Assembly: GCA_965213885.1 (NCBI GenBank)
Contig: OZ243919.1
Span: 511,733-575,732 of the forward strand
Direction of reading: 5' to 3'
Source: Candidatus Poriferihabitaceae bacterium
GTDB lineage: Bacteria; Pseudomonadota; Gammaproteobacteria; Arenicellales; Poriferihabitantaceae
DNA: 64,000 nt
Positions 10,205 through 19,672 of this stretch are shown piece by piece. Each line of letters begins with the position of its first letter. Position 1 is the stretch's first letter. The notes under the pieces are model-generated. The model was not told where the DNA came from. It did no database searches and saw nothing but the letters and a program-made list of their open reading frames with translations. The position numbers and the translations under genes are program-made.

Positions 10205-11272
10205 ATGGCGATCGAACTTCGCGAGGTTACCCGCAAGGTCCGCGGACAGACCCATATCCACCCTACCAGCCTGCACCTGAGGGAAGGCGGCTTCAATGTG
10301 CTGCTGGGGACAACACTGAGCGGCAAGACCACGCTGCTGCGCCTGATGGCCGGGCTGGAGGCGCCTTCCAGCGGGGAAATCTGGTTTGAAGGGCAGAACG
10401 TCACTGGCGTGCCCGTGCAGAAGCGCAACGTGTCCATGGTGTACCAGCAGTTCATCAACTATCCGAATTTCACCGTGTTCGACAACATCGCCTCCCCGCT
10501 CAAGGTGGCGGGCGTGGACCGCTCCCGCATTCGCCAGCAGGTGGACAAATTTGCCGGCCTGCTGAAGCTCGGGAGCTATCTCAACCGCTATCCACCGGAA
10601 CTGTCCGGCGGACAGCAGCAGCGCGTTGCCATTGCCCGCGCCCTGGCAAAGAACACGCGCCTGGTATTGCTGGACGAGCCCCTGGCCAATCTTGACTACA
10701 AGCTTCGGGAGGAACTGCGCGACGAACTCCCGAAACTGTTCGCCGACAGCGGCGCCACCGTGGTCTACAGCACCACCGAGCCGATGGAGGCGCTGATGCT
10801 CGGGGGCTTCACCGCCACCCTTTTCGAGGGCAGCGTGACCCAGTTCGGACCGACCACGGCAGGATACCGGATGCCGGAAAACCTCGCCAGCGCCCGGGTT
10901 TTCTCCGATCCCCCCATTAACGTTTCGAAGGTCCGGAAACAGGGTGACCGGTTTTACCTGAGCGGGACGGTCTCCTGGCCGGTGCCTCCCGCCCTGGGTT
11001 CCCTGGTGGACCGGGACTACACCATGGGGATACGCCCCCATCATCTGACCCTGCATGCCATGACGGACAATGCGGTGGCCATCGAGGGGCAGGTGAAAGT
11101 TGCCGAACTCAGCGGATCGGAAAGTGTGATTCACGTTTCGGTGGAACAGTATGGCTGGGTGTCGGAATCCCATGGCATACACCCCTTCGACAGCGGCGAC
11201 CGGGCGACCCTGTACCTGCATCCGGACAAGGTGCTCTACTTTGACGGGGACGGCAGCCTGTTCCGGTACTGA
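10205..11272 (+). CDS. glpS: Glycerol ABC transporter ATPase
   Basis: Walker A GTTLSGKT, LSGGQQQR, LLDEPLANLDYKLRE. Confidence 0.87.
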   Translation: MAIELREVTRKVRGQTHIHPTSLHLREGGFNVLLGTTLSGKTTLLRLMAGLEAPSSGEIWFEGQNVTGVPVQKRNVSMVYQQFINYPNFTVFDNIASPLKVAGVDRSRIRQQVDKFAGLLKLGSYLNRYPPELSGGQQQRVAIARALAKNTRLVLLDEPLANLDYKLREELRDELPKLFADSGATVVYSTTEPMEALMLGGFTATLFEGSVTQFGPTTAGYRMPENLASARVFSDPPINVSKVRKQGDRFYLSGTVSWPVPPALGSLVDRDYTMGIRPHHLTLHAMTDNAVAIEGQVKVAELSGSESVIHVSVEQYGWVSESHGIHPFDSGDRATLYLHPDKVLYFDGDGSLFRY

Positions 11273-11274
11273 GT

Positions 11275-12354
11275 ATGGCCCGCATCGAACTCAGAGGCAT
11301 CCGCCACAGCTATCCCGCACCCAAGGACGAGGCCCAGGTATGGGCTCTGGAAGAGCTGGACCAGGTCTGGGAGGACGGCGGGGCCTACGCGCTCCTCGGA
11401 CCGTCCGGGTGCGGCAAGACCACGCTGCTCAATATCATTTCCGGCCTTCTCGCGCCCACGGAGGGCCAGGTGTTCTTTGACGGCCAGGAGGTCACCGGGG
11501 TGGGGACGTCGGCGAGGCACATCGCCCAAGTGTTCCAGTTCCCGGTGGTGTACGACACCATGACGGTTTACGATAATCTGGCGTTTCCGCTGCGCAACCG
11601 GGGCGTTCCGGCGTCGGAAATCAGGCCTCGTGTCGAGGAGATCGCGCGCATGCTCGACCTGTCCGATACCCTGAAATTGCGGGCATCCGGTCTCACCGCG
11701 GACGGCAAGCAGAAAATTTCCCTTGGCAGGGGTCTCGTGCGTTCGGATGTCAACGTGATCATGTTTGACGAACCGCTCACGGTCATCGATCCGCACCTGA
11801 AGTGGCAGCTCCGCTCCAAGCTGAAGCAACTCCACCAGCAGGTCGGCACCACCATGATCTACGTCACCCACGACCAGACCGAGGCGCTGACTTTTGCCGA
11901 CCGGGTCGTGGTGATGTTCGAGGGCAAGGTGGTCCAGGTGGGAACACCGGAAGAGCTCTTCGGGTGTCCGCAGCACACGTTCGTGGGGCACTTTATCGGC
12001 TCCCCGGGCATGAACCTGCTGCCGGCCGAATGCCTGGATGGCCGGCTCCGGTGCCTGGATCACGATTTCGGCCCACTGCCGGAGCGGCCCGGCCAGGAGG
12101 GTGGGTATGAACTGGGCGTGCGGCCCGAGTTCGTCCGGTTCGATGAAGGCGGCATTCCCGTCAGGATCAACAAGGTGGACGATCTCGGCAGGCACCTGAT
12201 CGTGGACGCGGAGGCATCCGGGGAGCGATTCAAGATCATCGTTCCCGAGGGCGGCAATATCCCCTCCGAGCGGCCGGCGGTCATGTTCGACCCGGGACAT
12301 ACCCACTGCTATTTCCGCGGCTGGATGATCGAGCGGCCGGGGGTGGCGGCGTGA
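11275..12354 (+). CDS. glpT: Glycerol ABC transporter ATPase (Rhizobium GlpT type, not the MFS GlpT)
   Basis: GPSGCGKT, degenerate signature LTADGKQK, FDEPLTVIDPHLKW. Confidence 0.85.
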   Translation: MARIELRGIRHSYPAPKDEAQVWALEELDQVWEDGGAYALLGPSGCGKTTLLNIISGLLAPTEGQVFFDGQEVTGVGTSARHIAQVFQFPVVYDTMTVYDNLAFPLRNRGVPASEIRPRVEEIARMLDLSDTLKLRASGLTADGKQKISLGRGLVRSDVNVIMFDEPLTVIDPHLKWQLRSKLKQLHQQVGTTMIYVTHDQTEALTFADRVVVMFEGKVVQVGTPEELFGCPQHTFVGHFIGSPGMNLLPAECLDGRLRCLDHDFGPLPERPGQEGGYELGVRPEFVRFDEGGIPVRINKVDDLGRHLIVDAEASGERFKIIVPEGGNIPSERPAVMFDPGHTHCYFRGWMIERPGVAA

Positions 12355-13214
12355 ACAAGCTGGGCAACCAGAAAGCCTGGTGGCTGGTCATGCCGGTCGT
12401 GGTGCTGGTGGCGTTCAACGCCCTGATACCACTGATGACCGTGGTGAACTATTCGGTCCAGGAAACCTTCGGCAACAACCTGTTTTTCTGGCACGGTCTC
12501 GGGTGGTTCCAGGAGGTGCTCACCTCGGAACGCTTCCACGCGTCGCTGGCGCGGCAACTGTTGTTCACGTTCACGATCCTGCTGATCGAGGTCCCGCTCG
12601 GCATCGCCGTGGCGCTTTGCATGCCTCGCAGGGGGATCTGGGTATCGGTGTGCCTGGTGCTCATGGCGCTGCCGCTCCTGATCCCCTGGAACGTGGTGGG
12701 GGCGATGTGGAACATTTTCGCGCTCCCGGACATCGGTCTGCTCGGCAAGGCCGTGAACGGCCTCGGGATCGACTACAACTTCACCCAGCAGCCGGCGTCC
12801 GCCTGGGCGACCACCGTGGTGATGGATGTCTGGCACTGGACATCCCTGGTGGTGTTGCTGACCTATGCCGGACTGTGCTCCATCCCGGACGCCTACTACC
12901 AGGCCGCGCGCATCGACGGCGCCAGCAGTTGGGCGGTCTTCCGGTTCATCCAGTTGCCCAAGCTCAAGCGGGTCCTGACCATCGCCATACTGCTGCGTTT
13001 CATGGACAGCTTCATGATCTATACCGAGCCCTTCGTGTTGACCGGCGGCGGTCCCGGGAACACCACCACGTTCCTGTCCATCGACCTCGTGAAGATCGCC
13101 CTCGGCCAATTCGATCTCGGGCCGGCGGCGGCCATGTCGCTGATCTATTTCCTGGTCGTGCTCCTGGTGTGCTGGGTGTTCTACACCCTGATGATGCGGA
13201 ACGAGGCGCAGTAG
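12351..13214 (+). CDS. glpP: Glycerol ABC transporter permease
   Basis: Hydrophobic protein with EAA-like motif YYQAARIDGAS; GTGA overlap with the previous gene. Confidence 0.85.
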   Translation: MNKLGNQKAWWLVMPVVVLVAFNALIPLMTVVNYSVQETFGNNLFFWHGLGWFQEVLTSERFHASLARQLLFTFTILLIEVPLGIAVALCMPRRGIWVSVCLVLMALPLLIPWNVVGAMWNIFALPDIGLLGKAVNGLGIDYNFTQQPASAWATTVVMDVWHWTSLVVLLTYAGLCSIPDAYYQAARIDGASSWAVFRFIQLPKLKRVLTIAILLRFMDSFMIYTEPFVLTGGGPGNTTTFLSIDLVKIALGQFDLGPAAAMSLIYFLVVLLVCWVFYTLMMRNEAQ

Positions 13215-13217
13215 GCC

Positions 13218-14024
13218 ATGCAGAACCGTACCGGCAAGGCCCTCGTCACGACGCTGTACATTGTTTTCCTGATGCTGCCCATCTACTGGCTGGTCAGCAT
13301 GTCGTTCAAGACCACCAACGAGATCCTGGGGGTCTTCTCCCTCTGGCCCAGGGACTTCACCCTGGACAACTACCGCAAGATTTTCACCGATCCCACCTGG
13401 TACACGGGTTACCTCAACTCCATCAGCTACGTGGTGATGAACACGGTGATTTCCGTGACGGTGGCGTTGCCGGCAGCCTACGCGTTTTCCCGCTACCGGT
13501 TCTTGGGAGACAAACACCTGTTTTTCTGGCTGCTGACCAACCGGATGGCACCGCCGGCGGTATTCGCGCTTCCGTTCTACCAGCTGTACTCCGCCATCGA
13601 GTTGTTTGACACCCATATCGGCGTGGCGCTGGCCCACTGCCTGTTCAACATCCCGCTTGCCGTGTGGATCCTGGAAGGATTCATGTCAGGGGTGCCGAAG
13701 GAACTGGATGAAACCGCCTACCTGGACGGATATTCGTTCTGGCGGTTTTTTGTCCGCATCTTTCTGCCCACCATCGCGGCGGGTATCGGGGTAGCGATGT
13801 TCTTCTGCTTCATGTACTCGTGGGTGGAACTCCTGCTGGCGAAGACCCTCACCGCGGTGGAGGCCAAGCCCATTGCGGCAACCATGACCCGGACCGCCAG
13901 CACGTCCGGGTATGAACTGGGTCTGCTGGCCGCTGCCGGGACCCTGACCATCGTTCCGGGGGGCTTCGTGATCTATTTCGTCCGGAACTACATCGCCCGG
14001 GGCTTCGCCCTTGGCCGGGTCTAG
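13218..14024 (+). CDS. glpQ: Glycerol ABC transporter permease
   Basis: EAA motif ELDETAYLDGYS; C-terminus YIARGFALGRV. Confidence 0.85.
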   Translation: MQNRTGKALVTTLYIVFLMLPIYWLVSMSFKTTNEILGVFSLWPRDFTLDNYRKIFTDPTWYTGYLNSISYVVMNTVISVTVALPAAYAFSRYRFLGDKHLFFWLLTNRMAPPAVFALPFYQLYSAIELFDTHIGVALAHCLFNIPLAVWILEGFMSGVPKELDETAYLDGYSFWRFFVRIFLPTIAAGIGVAMFFCFMYSWVELLLAKTLTAVEAKPIAATMTRTASTSGYELGLLAAAGTLTIVPGGFVIYFVRNYIARGFALGRV

Positions 14025-14034
14025 GGGCGAGGAA

Positions 14035-14328
14035 TTGAGCGACATATTCGACCTGACCTGGATGGCATGGACCTGGCCCACGGGGGTGTTCTTCCTCGTG
14101 ATCGTGCTGTCCGTGGCCGCCATGGGGGTGTGGGAGGCTTTCCGTCCCGGCGGAGACCCTCGGCGCGGAATATTCGGGCTTGACACCACCCGCGGTGATC
14201 GCCTGTTCATCTCGTGGCTTGGGACGGGATTCATTCATCTCGCCTGGCTGGGGCTCGTGGGAACCCCCCTGTGGGCGCCCCTGGTCATTTCCATGGCCTG
14301 GTTCTGGTTCGTGTTCGGATGGGTTTGA
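14035..14328 (+). CDS. glpU: Small membrane protein of glycerol ABC clusters (DUF2160-like)
   Basis: Motifs WMAWTWPT and TTRGDRLFIS; TTG start after GAGGA. Confidence 0.82.
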   Translation: MSDIFDLTWMAWTWPTGVFFLVIVLSVAAMGVWEAFRPGGDPRRGIFGLDTTRGDRLFISWLGTGFIHLAWLGLVGTPLWAPLVISMAWFWFVFGWV

Positions 14329-14358
14329 CCGGCGGGCGATCATAGGTGCGGCAGGGAG

Positions 14359-15972
14359 ATGGCTTTACGCAACCAGAGCGTTGATGCGCTTTCCCGGAAC
14401 CCCCTGGATGTCCTGATCATCGGTGGCGGCATCAACGGGGCCGTGTGCGCAGCGGCGCTGACGACCCGGGGCGCGAGGGTCGGCCTGATTGATGCCAGGG
14501 ATTTCGCCGGATTCACCAGCCAGCATTCATCCAACCTGATCTGGGGCGGAGTCAAGTACATGGAAAGCTACCAGTTCGGCCTCGTGGCGGAACTCTGCAG
14601 GTCGCGCAATGAACTGATGCGGCGGTTCCCCTCGGCCATCCGGGAAATCCGTTTCCTGACTACGATCCCCCGCGGATTCCGTCATCATCCGGTGATGATG
14701 TGGGCCGGGTCCTGGTTGTACTGGCTGATCGGGCGGGGCTATACCCGGCCGCCACGCTACCTGCGCGCCGGCACGATCGGGACCGTGGAGCCGGTCATCG
14801 ACACGAACCACAGTACCGGGGGGGTCGAGTACTCGGATGCCTACCTGTTCGACAACGATGCGCGCTTTGTCTTCGGATTCATCCGTTCGGCACTGGACCA
14901 AGGCTGTCTCGCCGCCAACTACGTGGAAGCGGTGGAAATGAAAGGCACGAGAGAGGGGTGGCGTGTCATGGTGAGGGACGGCGTCTCGGGGCGGCCTCTC
15001 GAAATCCGCTGCAGGGTTCTGGTCAACGCGGCCGGAGCCTATGTCGACACACTGAACGCGGCCGCGGGGATCGATTCGAAATACCGGCATGTCCTGTCGA
15101 AGGGGGTCCACCTGGTGGTCCCCCGAATCGGGGAGAGTGGAAAAGTGCTGGCTTTCTTCGCCGATGACGGCCGGCTGTTCTTCGCCATACCCATGGACAA
15201 CCGGACCTGCATCGGGACCACCGATACCCGTGTGGGCACGCCCGACACCGTCGTCACTGACCTGGACAGGGATTTTATCCTGTCCAACATCAACTCCAGG
15301 ATGAACCTGCCGCGGCCGCTGTCGAGGTCCGACATCATCGCTGAGCGATGCGGCGTCCGTCCGCTGGTGGTGCCCAAGGGGGGCGACGTCGCCATGGACT
15401 TTCTTCAGCTCTCACGCAGGCATGTGGTGGAAACGGACGGGGAACGCCGGCAGATCAGTATTTTCGGGGGCAAGCTGACGGACTGCGTCAACGTCGGGGA
15501 AGAGGTCTGCCGACAGGTCTCCAGGCTTGGTGTGACCCTGTCACGCAACTCATCCCACTGGTGTGTCGAGACCGGGAAAGGGGAGCGGGCAGCTTTCCTT
15601 GAGCGGGCCAGGGTGACCGGTTTTGCCGACGATAGCGCCCCGGACACCGGGGAATCACTGGCCGAACGGTTGTGGAGGCGGTACGGCCGGGAAGCCGGGG
15701 GAATGCTGGAAACCGTCGTTAAAAACCCGGCACTGGCGGCCCCGGCCATAGCCGGGACGGGACTTCGTCTGTGCGAGATCGATCACCTGCGGGACCGGGA
15801 GATGATCGTGACGCTCGCCGATCTCCTGCGGCGGCGCACCAAGCTGGCGCTGCTCTATCGACACGAGGAACTGATGAACATGGAGGGTATGCCGGAATTG
15901 TGCGACCGCCTGTTCGGTGGCCAGGGCAGGATGAAGTTCGAAGACTACTTCGGCGAGGTGGAGGCTGCCTGA
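14359..15972 (+). CDS. glpD: FAD-dependent glycerol-3-phosphate dehydrogenase
   Basis: DVLIIGGGINGA, TSQHSSNLIWGGVKY, SKGVHL, GTTDT, GVRPL, GGKLT. Confidence 0.9.
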   Translation: MALRNQSVDALSRNPLDVLIIGGGINGAVCAAALTTRGARVGLIDARDFAGFTSQHSSNLIWGGVKYMESYQFGLVAELCRSRNELMRRFPSAIREIRFLTTIPRGFRHHPVMMWAGSWLYWLIGRGYTRPPRYLRAGTIGTVEPVIDTNHSTGGVEYSDAYLFDNDARFVFGFIRSALDQGCLAANYVEAVEMKGTREGWRVMVRDGVSGRPLEIRCRVLVNAAGAYVDTLNAAAGIDSKYRHVLSKGVHLVVPRIGESGKVLAFFADDGRLFFAIPMDNRTCIGTTDTRVGTPDTVVTDLDRDFILSNINSRMNLPRPLSRSDIIAERCGVRPLVVPKGGDVAMDFLQLSRRHVVETDGERRQISIFGGKLTDCVNVGEEVCRQVSRLGVTLSRNSSHWCVETGKGERAAFLERARVTGFADDSAPDTGESLAERLWRRYGREAGGMLETVVKNPALAAPAIAGTGLRLCEIDHLRDREMIVTLADLLRRRTKLALLYRHEELMNMEGMPELCDRLFGGQGRMKFEDYFGEVEAA

Positions 15973-16120
15973 GGCAGCCGGTCCCTTCAGGGGGGTTGGC
16001 ATCAGAGGATGGGCGGATCGTGATGTTGGTATACTCGGGTTCCCGGTATGCCGTGTCCGTGCCAGGGAATGGCCGACCGGACCGCGCCTGCGTCCGCCAC
16101 CACAGTCCGATGCCCTCCAG

Positions 16121-17866
16121 ATGAAAACCAGACTTGACCGCATGCCGGAGTGGCTGTCGCTCAGGGAACACTTCCGGGATGTAGCGGACCGGCGCATCGA
16201 AGCGATGTTCCGTCAGGACCCGGACCGGTTCCGGAAGTTTTCCGCGGACGCCGCTGGCATTTTTCTCGATTATTCCAAGCACAACATCGATTCCGGGACC
16301 CTGGGGCTTCTGCTGGCACTGGCTCGGGCGTCGGATGTGGAAGGCTGGCGGGAGCGTCAGTTCAGGGGGGAAAGGATCAATGTCACCGAAGACAGGGCGG
16401 CCTTGCATACCGCGCTGCGAAGCGCCAGGGATGGCCGCGGGGGCCATGCGCCGGGGCCGGTACGGGAGGAGGTGGCAGCGGTGCTCGAGCGCATCGGGGC
16501 GCTGGTCACGGCAGTACGGTCGGGACAGTGGCGTGGCCATACCGGGAAGCCTCTTCGCACCGTGGTGAATATCGGCATCGGCGGTTCGCATCTCGGGCCA
16601 GCTCTGGTCTGCAGGGCTCTTTCACGCCAGGACGCGGACGGGCCGGAAATCCGTTTCCTGTCCAATGTCGATGCCGGACATTTCGACGAGGTCACCGGGG
16701 ACCTGGACCCGGAGGCCACGCTGTTCATCCTGGCGTCAAAATCCTTCTCCACCCCGGAAACCCTGGTCAACGCGGAGTCGGCCCGGCAGTGGCTCGGACT
16801 TCGCCCGGGCCGTGATCCGGGTGCGGAGAACCACTTTATCGCCGTAACCGGCCATCGTGAACGGGCACTGGCATTCGGCATTGCGCCGGAGAACATCTAT
16901 CCCCTGCCCGATTGGGTAGGCGGGCGGTTTTCACTGTGGTCCGCGGTCGGCCTTCCCATCGCACTCGGAATCGGGATGGAGGGATTCCGCTCCCTTCTGC
17001 GAGGGGGGCGGGCGATGGACGAACACTTCCTCACGGCACCGCTACAGCATAACCTCCCGGTCCTGATGGCAATGACGGGCATCTGGTGCCGCAATTTCCT
17101 CGGCACCTCCTCGCTGGCGGTGGTGCCTTACACGCAGGACCTTGAACTGCTGCCCGTGTTCCTGCAGCAAATGGAGATGGAAAGCAACGGCAAGCGGGTG
17201 ACGCGGGAGGGTGAGGCGGTGTCCTGGGAGACCTGTCCGGTGGTCTGGGGAGCCGTGGGGACGAACGGACAGCATACCTTCTTCCAGCATCTGCACCAGG
17301 GCGTGGAGACGATCCCGGTGGACTTTATCGTCGTGAAGGAAGGCGGACAGGAAAAGGGCGGGACGCAACGGAAGCTGGTTGCCAATGCCGTGGCGCAATC
17401 GGCCGCGCTGATGACCGGTCGGGACGGGAAAAGCGTTCGCCGGCTCTTGTCCGGCGGGGGATTGACGGCGGATCAGGTGGATTGGCAGGCGCCGCACCGG
17501 GCTTATCCCGGCAACCGGCCGAGCAGCACGATTGTCCTGGATCGCCTGACCCCCGAGTCCCTGGGAGCTCTGATCGCGCTCTATGAGCACAAGGTGTTCG
17601 TGCAAGGCGTTGTCTGGCAGGTGTGCTCCTTCGACCAGTGGGGCGTGGAGTTGGGCAAAGAACTGGCGGTTGAGGTTGCCCGGCTGTTGAACGTGGGTGC
17701 CGCCGGACCGGAACTGGACGGCTCTACCCGCGGGCTGGTTTCACTGCTGGACAAAGGTGTCGGAGAACCGCCCCGGGGCCCGGGGCCCCCGGTGCGTACT
17801 CGGCGACCGGCCCATCATCGAACAGGGAGAAGAGGTCCAACACCTCCGGATGATCGCCAACCATAA
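16121..17866 (+). CDS. pgi: Glucose-6-phosphate isomerase with an atypical Pro/Arg-rich tail
   Basis: VNIGIGGSHLGP, SKSFST, DWVGGRFSLWS, QQMEMESNGK, SFDQWGVELGK. Confidence 0.95.
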   Translation: MKTRLDRMPEWLSLREHFRDVADRRIEAMFRQDPDRFRKFSADAAGIFLDYSKHNIDSGTLGLLLALARASDVEGWRERQFRGERINVTEDRAALHTALRSARDGRGGHAPGPVREEVAAVLERIGALVTAVRSGQWRGHTGKPLRTVVNIGIGGSHLGPALVCRALSRQDADGPEIRFLSNVDAGHFDEVTGDLDPEATLFILASKSFSTPETLVNAESARQWLGLRPGRDPGAENHFIAVTGHRERALAFGIAPENIYPLPDWVGGRFSLWSAVGLPIALGIGMEGFRSLLRGGRAMDEHFLTAPLQHNLPVLMAMTGIWCRNFLGTSSLAVVPYTQDLELLPVFLQQMEMESNGKRVTREGEAVSWETCPVVWGAVGTNGQHTFFQHLHQGVETIPVDFIVVKEGGQEKGGTQRKLVANAVAQSAALMTGRDGKSVRRLLSGGGLTADQVDWQAPHRAYPGNRPSSTIVLDRLTPESLGALIALYEHKVFVQGVVWQVCSFDQWGVELGKELAVEVARLLNVGAAGPELDGSTRGLVSLLDKGVGEPPRGPGPPVRTRRPAHHRTGRRGPTPPDDRQP

Positions 17867-18121
17867 AGGGGAGCTCCACTGCCGGACCCCCGGCTTTTCC
17901 GGAAAGCCAGGCCGAGTCACTGACAAGATCGAAAGGTGCATGTATCAGCGCTCTGTTGCTGTCCTGTACCGGGTCGAAAAACTGCGAGCGATGCTCTGTG
18001 CTGGAGAAGTTCCCGCAATCCTCCCAGTGTGGCGACCCGTTCCAGTCCTGACCAATACAGCAGGCAGGGCCACGCCTTCGGGCCTATCTTCCATAGATAG
18101 GACAATGGACAGAATGAAAAC

Positions 18122-19672
18122 TTGATTTCAAACGGATACACTACCAAGATTGAAGTAGAATGGAAAGTAGCAGACGCGATGCTCGACGAGGCGGCCCGGG
18201 CAGGAACTGATCATGTGATACAAGTCATACCTTCGCAAGTCCCTCATGGATGGTGCCAGCTTGACCCAGCGAGGCGCTTCGGTGCTGTGTTCGTCATTCT
18301 GTGCCTTTGGGCACCACTGTCTATATCCGCCTCTCCTGTGAAGGCAGGTGATCTTCTTGCCTGCGCTGCCACGATTTGCGATCTGACGCTGAAGGACGCG
18401 ATTGGGCTGGCACTGCAACGTAATCGGCCGCTTCTCAACAGCCAGCTCGACCGGGAGGTGCAGAGATTTTCACTGGACGTGGCCGAGGACCGCTGGACCC
18501 CTCAATTTTCCGTCGGCCCCTTCGCTAGCAGTGATCGACAAGACCAAAAGGCCGGAGTAGGCGCCCAGATGAGTCTGCGTGTTCCCACTGGCGGCGCATT
18601 CGCGCTCAGATTTGATCAGAACCTGTCCGAGGAGTTCGATGACTCCGGATCGCAGACTCTCAGCTTCTCCCAGCCTCTACTAAAAGGAGCTTGGGCCAAT
18701 GTCGACGGTGCAACCGTGCGGCGGGCGCAACTTCAAGAGCAGATCAACATCCTGGCCTTCCGTCAGACGGCGGAGGACCTGGTTGTTGCCGTGACCAGGG
18801 CATATCGGGCACTGATCGGAGCAGTACGCCAAGTGGAGATTAGTGAGACCTCATTGCAGCGTGCCCGCGAGCAGCTTGAGGCGACCCGCGCGCTGATCAA
18901 CGCGGGACGTGTAGCACGACGAGAAGCTGGGCGGTCTGAAGCGGCAATCGCGACCAGGGAACTGGCGCTGGTGCGGGCTCGAAACCGTCTGGAGACTGCA
19001 CAGTTCGACCTGATTAACATACTGGAGCTGGATAGTTCGTTCCGAATTCGTCCGTTGGAGGAATTGATGGTTGAGCGGCAGGATGCTGCCTTTGCACCGG
19101 TACTCGAGGACACGCTGCGCCACCGCGCTGATTATCTCCAGGCCGGGTTGCGGGTAGAGATCGCCAGGATCGGATTGGCGGTGGCTCAAAACAATCGGCT
19201 GCCGGACCTTGACTTCCGGCTCGAATGGAGCAACGACGATGCTGGACAAACAGACACTATGGTGCGGATGGACGCTACATTTCCCCTGAACGACCGGGTG
19301 CCCGAGCTTGAGCACCTCAGGGCTAGTAATGCACTCAGGAAGGCGGAGAGGAGCGTCGTTGAATTGCGTGAGTCGATCGAGGCTGCACTGCGTCAGGCGA
19401 ACAACAATGTCGAGGTGAATGTTCGTCTGACCGAGCTGGCGCGCGATGGGCGCGTGCTGGCAGAGAGCAATCTGGCAGTAGAGGAGGCGAAGTTCGGTCA
19501 GGGCCTGTCGTCCACCTTCGAGGTGGCGGCTTCCGAGGAGGAGTTGGCCCGGGCAGAGCAGGCCGAAGCAGACGCGATACTCGCCTGGCTTGATGCGCTG
19601 ACACACCTCGACCGTATTTCCGGACGAACGCTGGACCGCTGGGGCATCCAGTTGGAGGTGATCTCGCAATGA
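18122..19672 (+). CDS. TolC-family outer membrane efflux protein (true start probably downstream of 18122)
   Basis: Signal-like segment RRFGAVFVILCLWAPLS; motifs LTLKDAIGLAL and FSQPLLKG; two helical OEP repeats (NNRLPDLD, KFGQGLSSTFEV). Confidence 0.88.
   Translation: MISNGYTTKIEVEWKVADAMLDEAARAGTDHVIQVIPSQVPHGWCQLDPARRFGAVFVILCLWAPLSISASPVKAGDLLACAATICDLTLKDAIGLALQRNRPLLNSQLDREVQRFSLDVAEDRWTPQFSVGPFASSDRQDQKAGVGAQMSLRVPTGGAFALRFDQNLSEEFDDSGSQTLSFSQPLLKGAWANVDGATVRRAQLQEQINILAFRQTAEDLVVAVTRAYRALIGAVRQVEISETSLQRAREQLEATRALINAGRVARREAGRSEAAIATRELALVRARNRLETAQFDLINILELDSSFRIRPLEELMVERQDAAFAPVLEDTLRHRADYLQAGLRVEIARIGLAVAQNNRLPDLDFRLEWSNDDAGQTDTMVRMDATFPLNDRVPELEHLRASNALRKAERSVVELRESIEAALRQANNNVEVNVRLTELARDGRVLAESNLAVEEAKFGQGLSSTFEVAASEEELARAEQAEADAILAWLDALTHLDRISGRTLDRWGIQLEVISQ

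Noticed and set aside
10205-12354. Aberrant ABC motifs (GTTLSGKT, LTADGKQK)
   Set aside because: These are normal family features of GlpS/GlpT ATPases.
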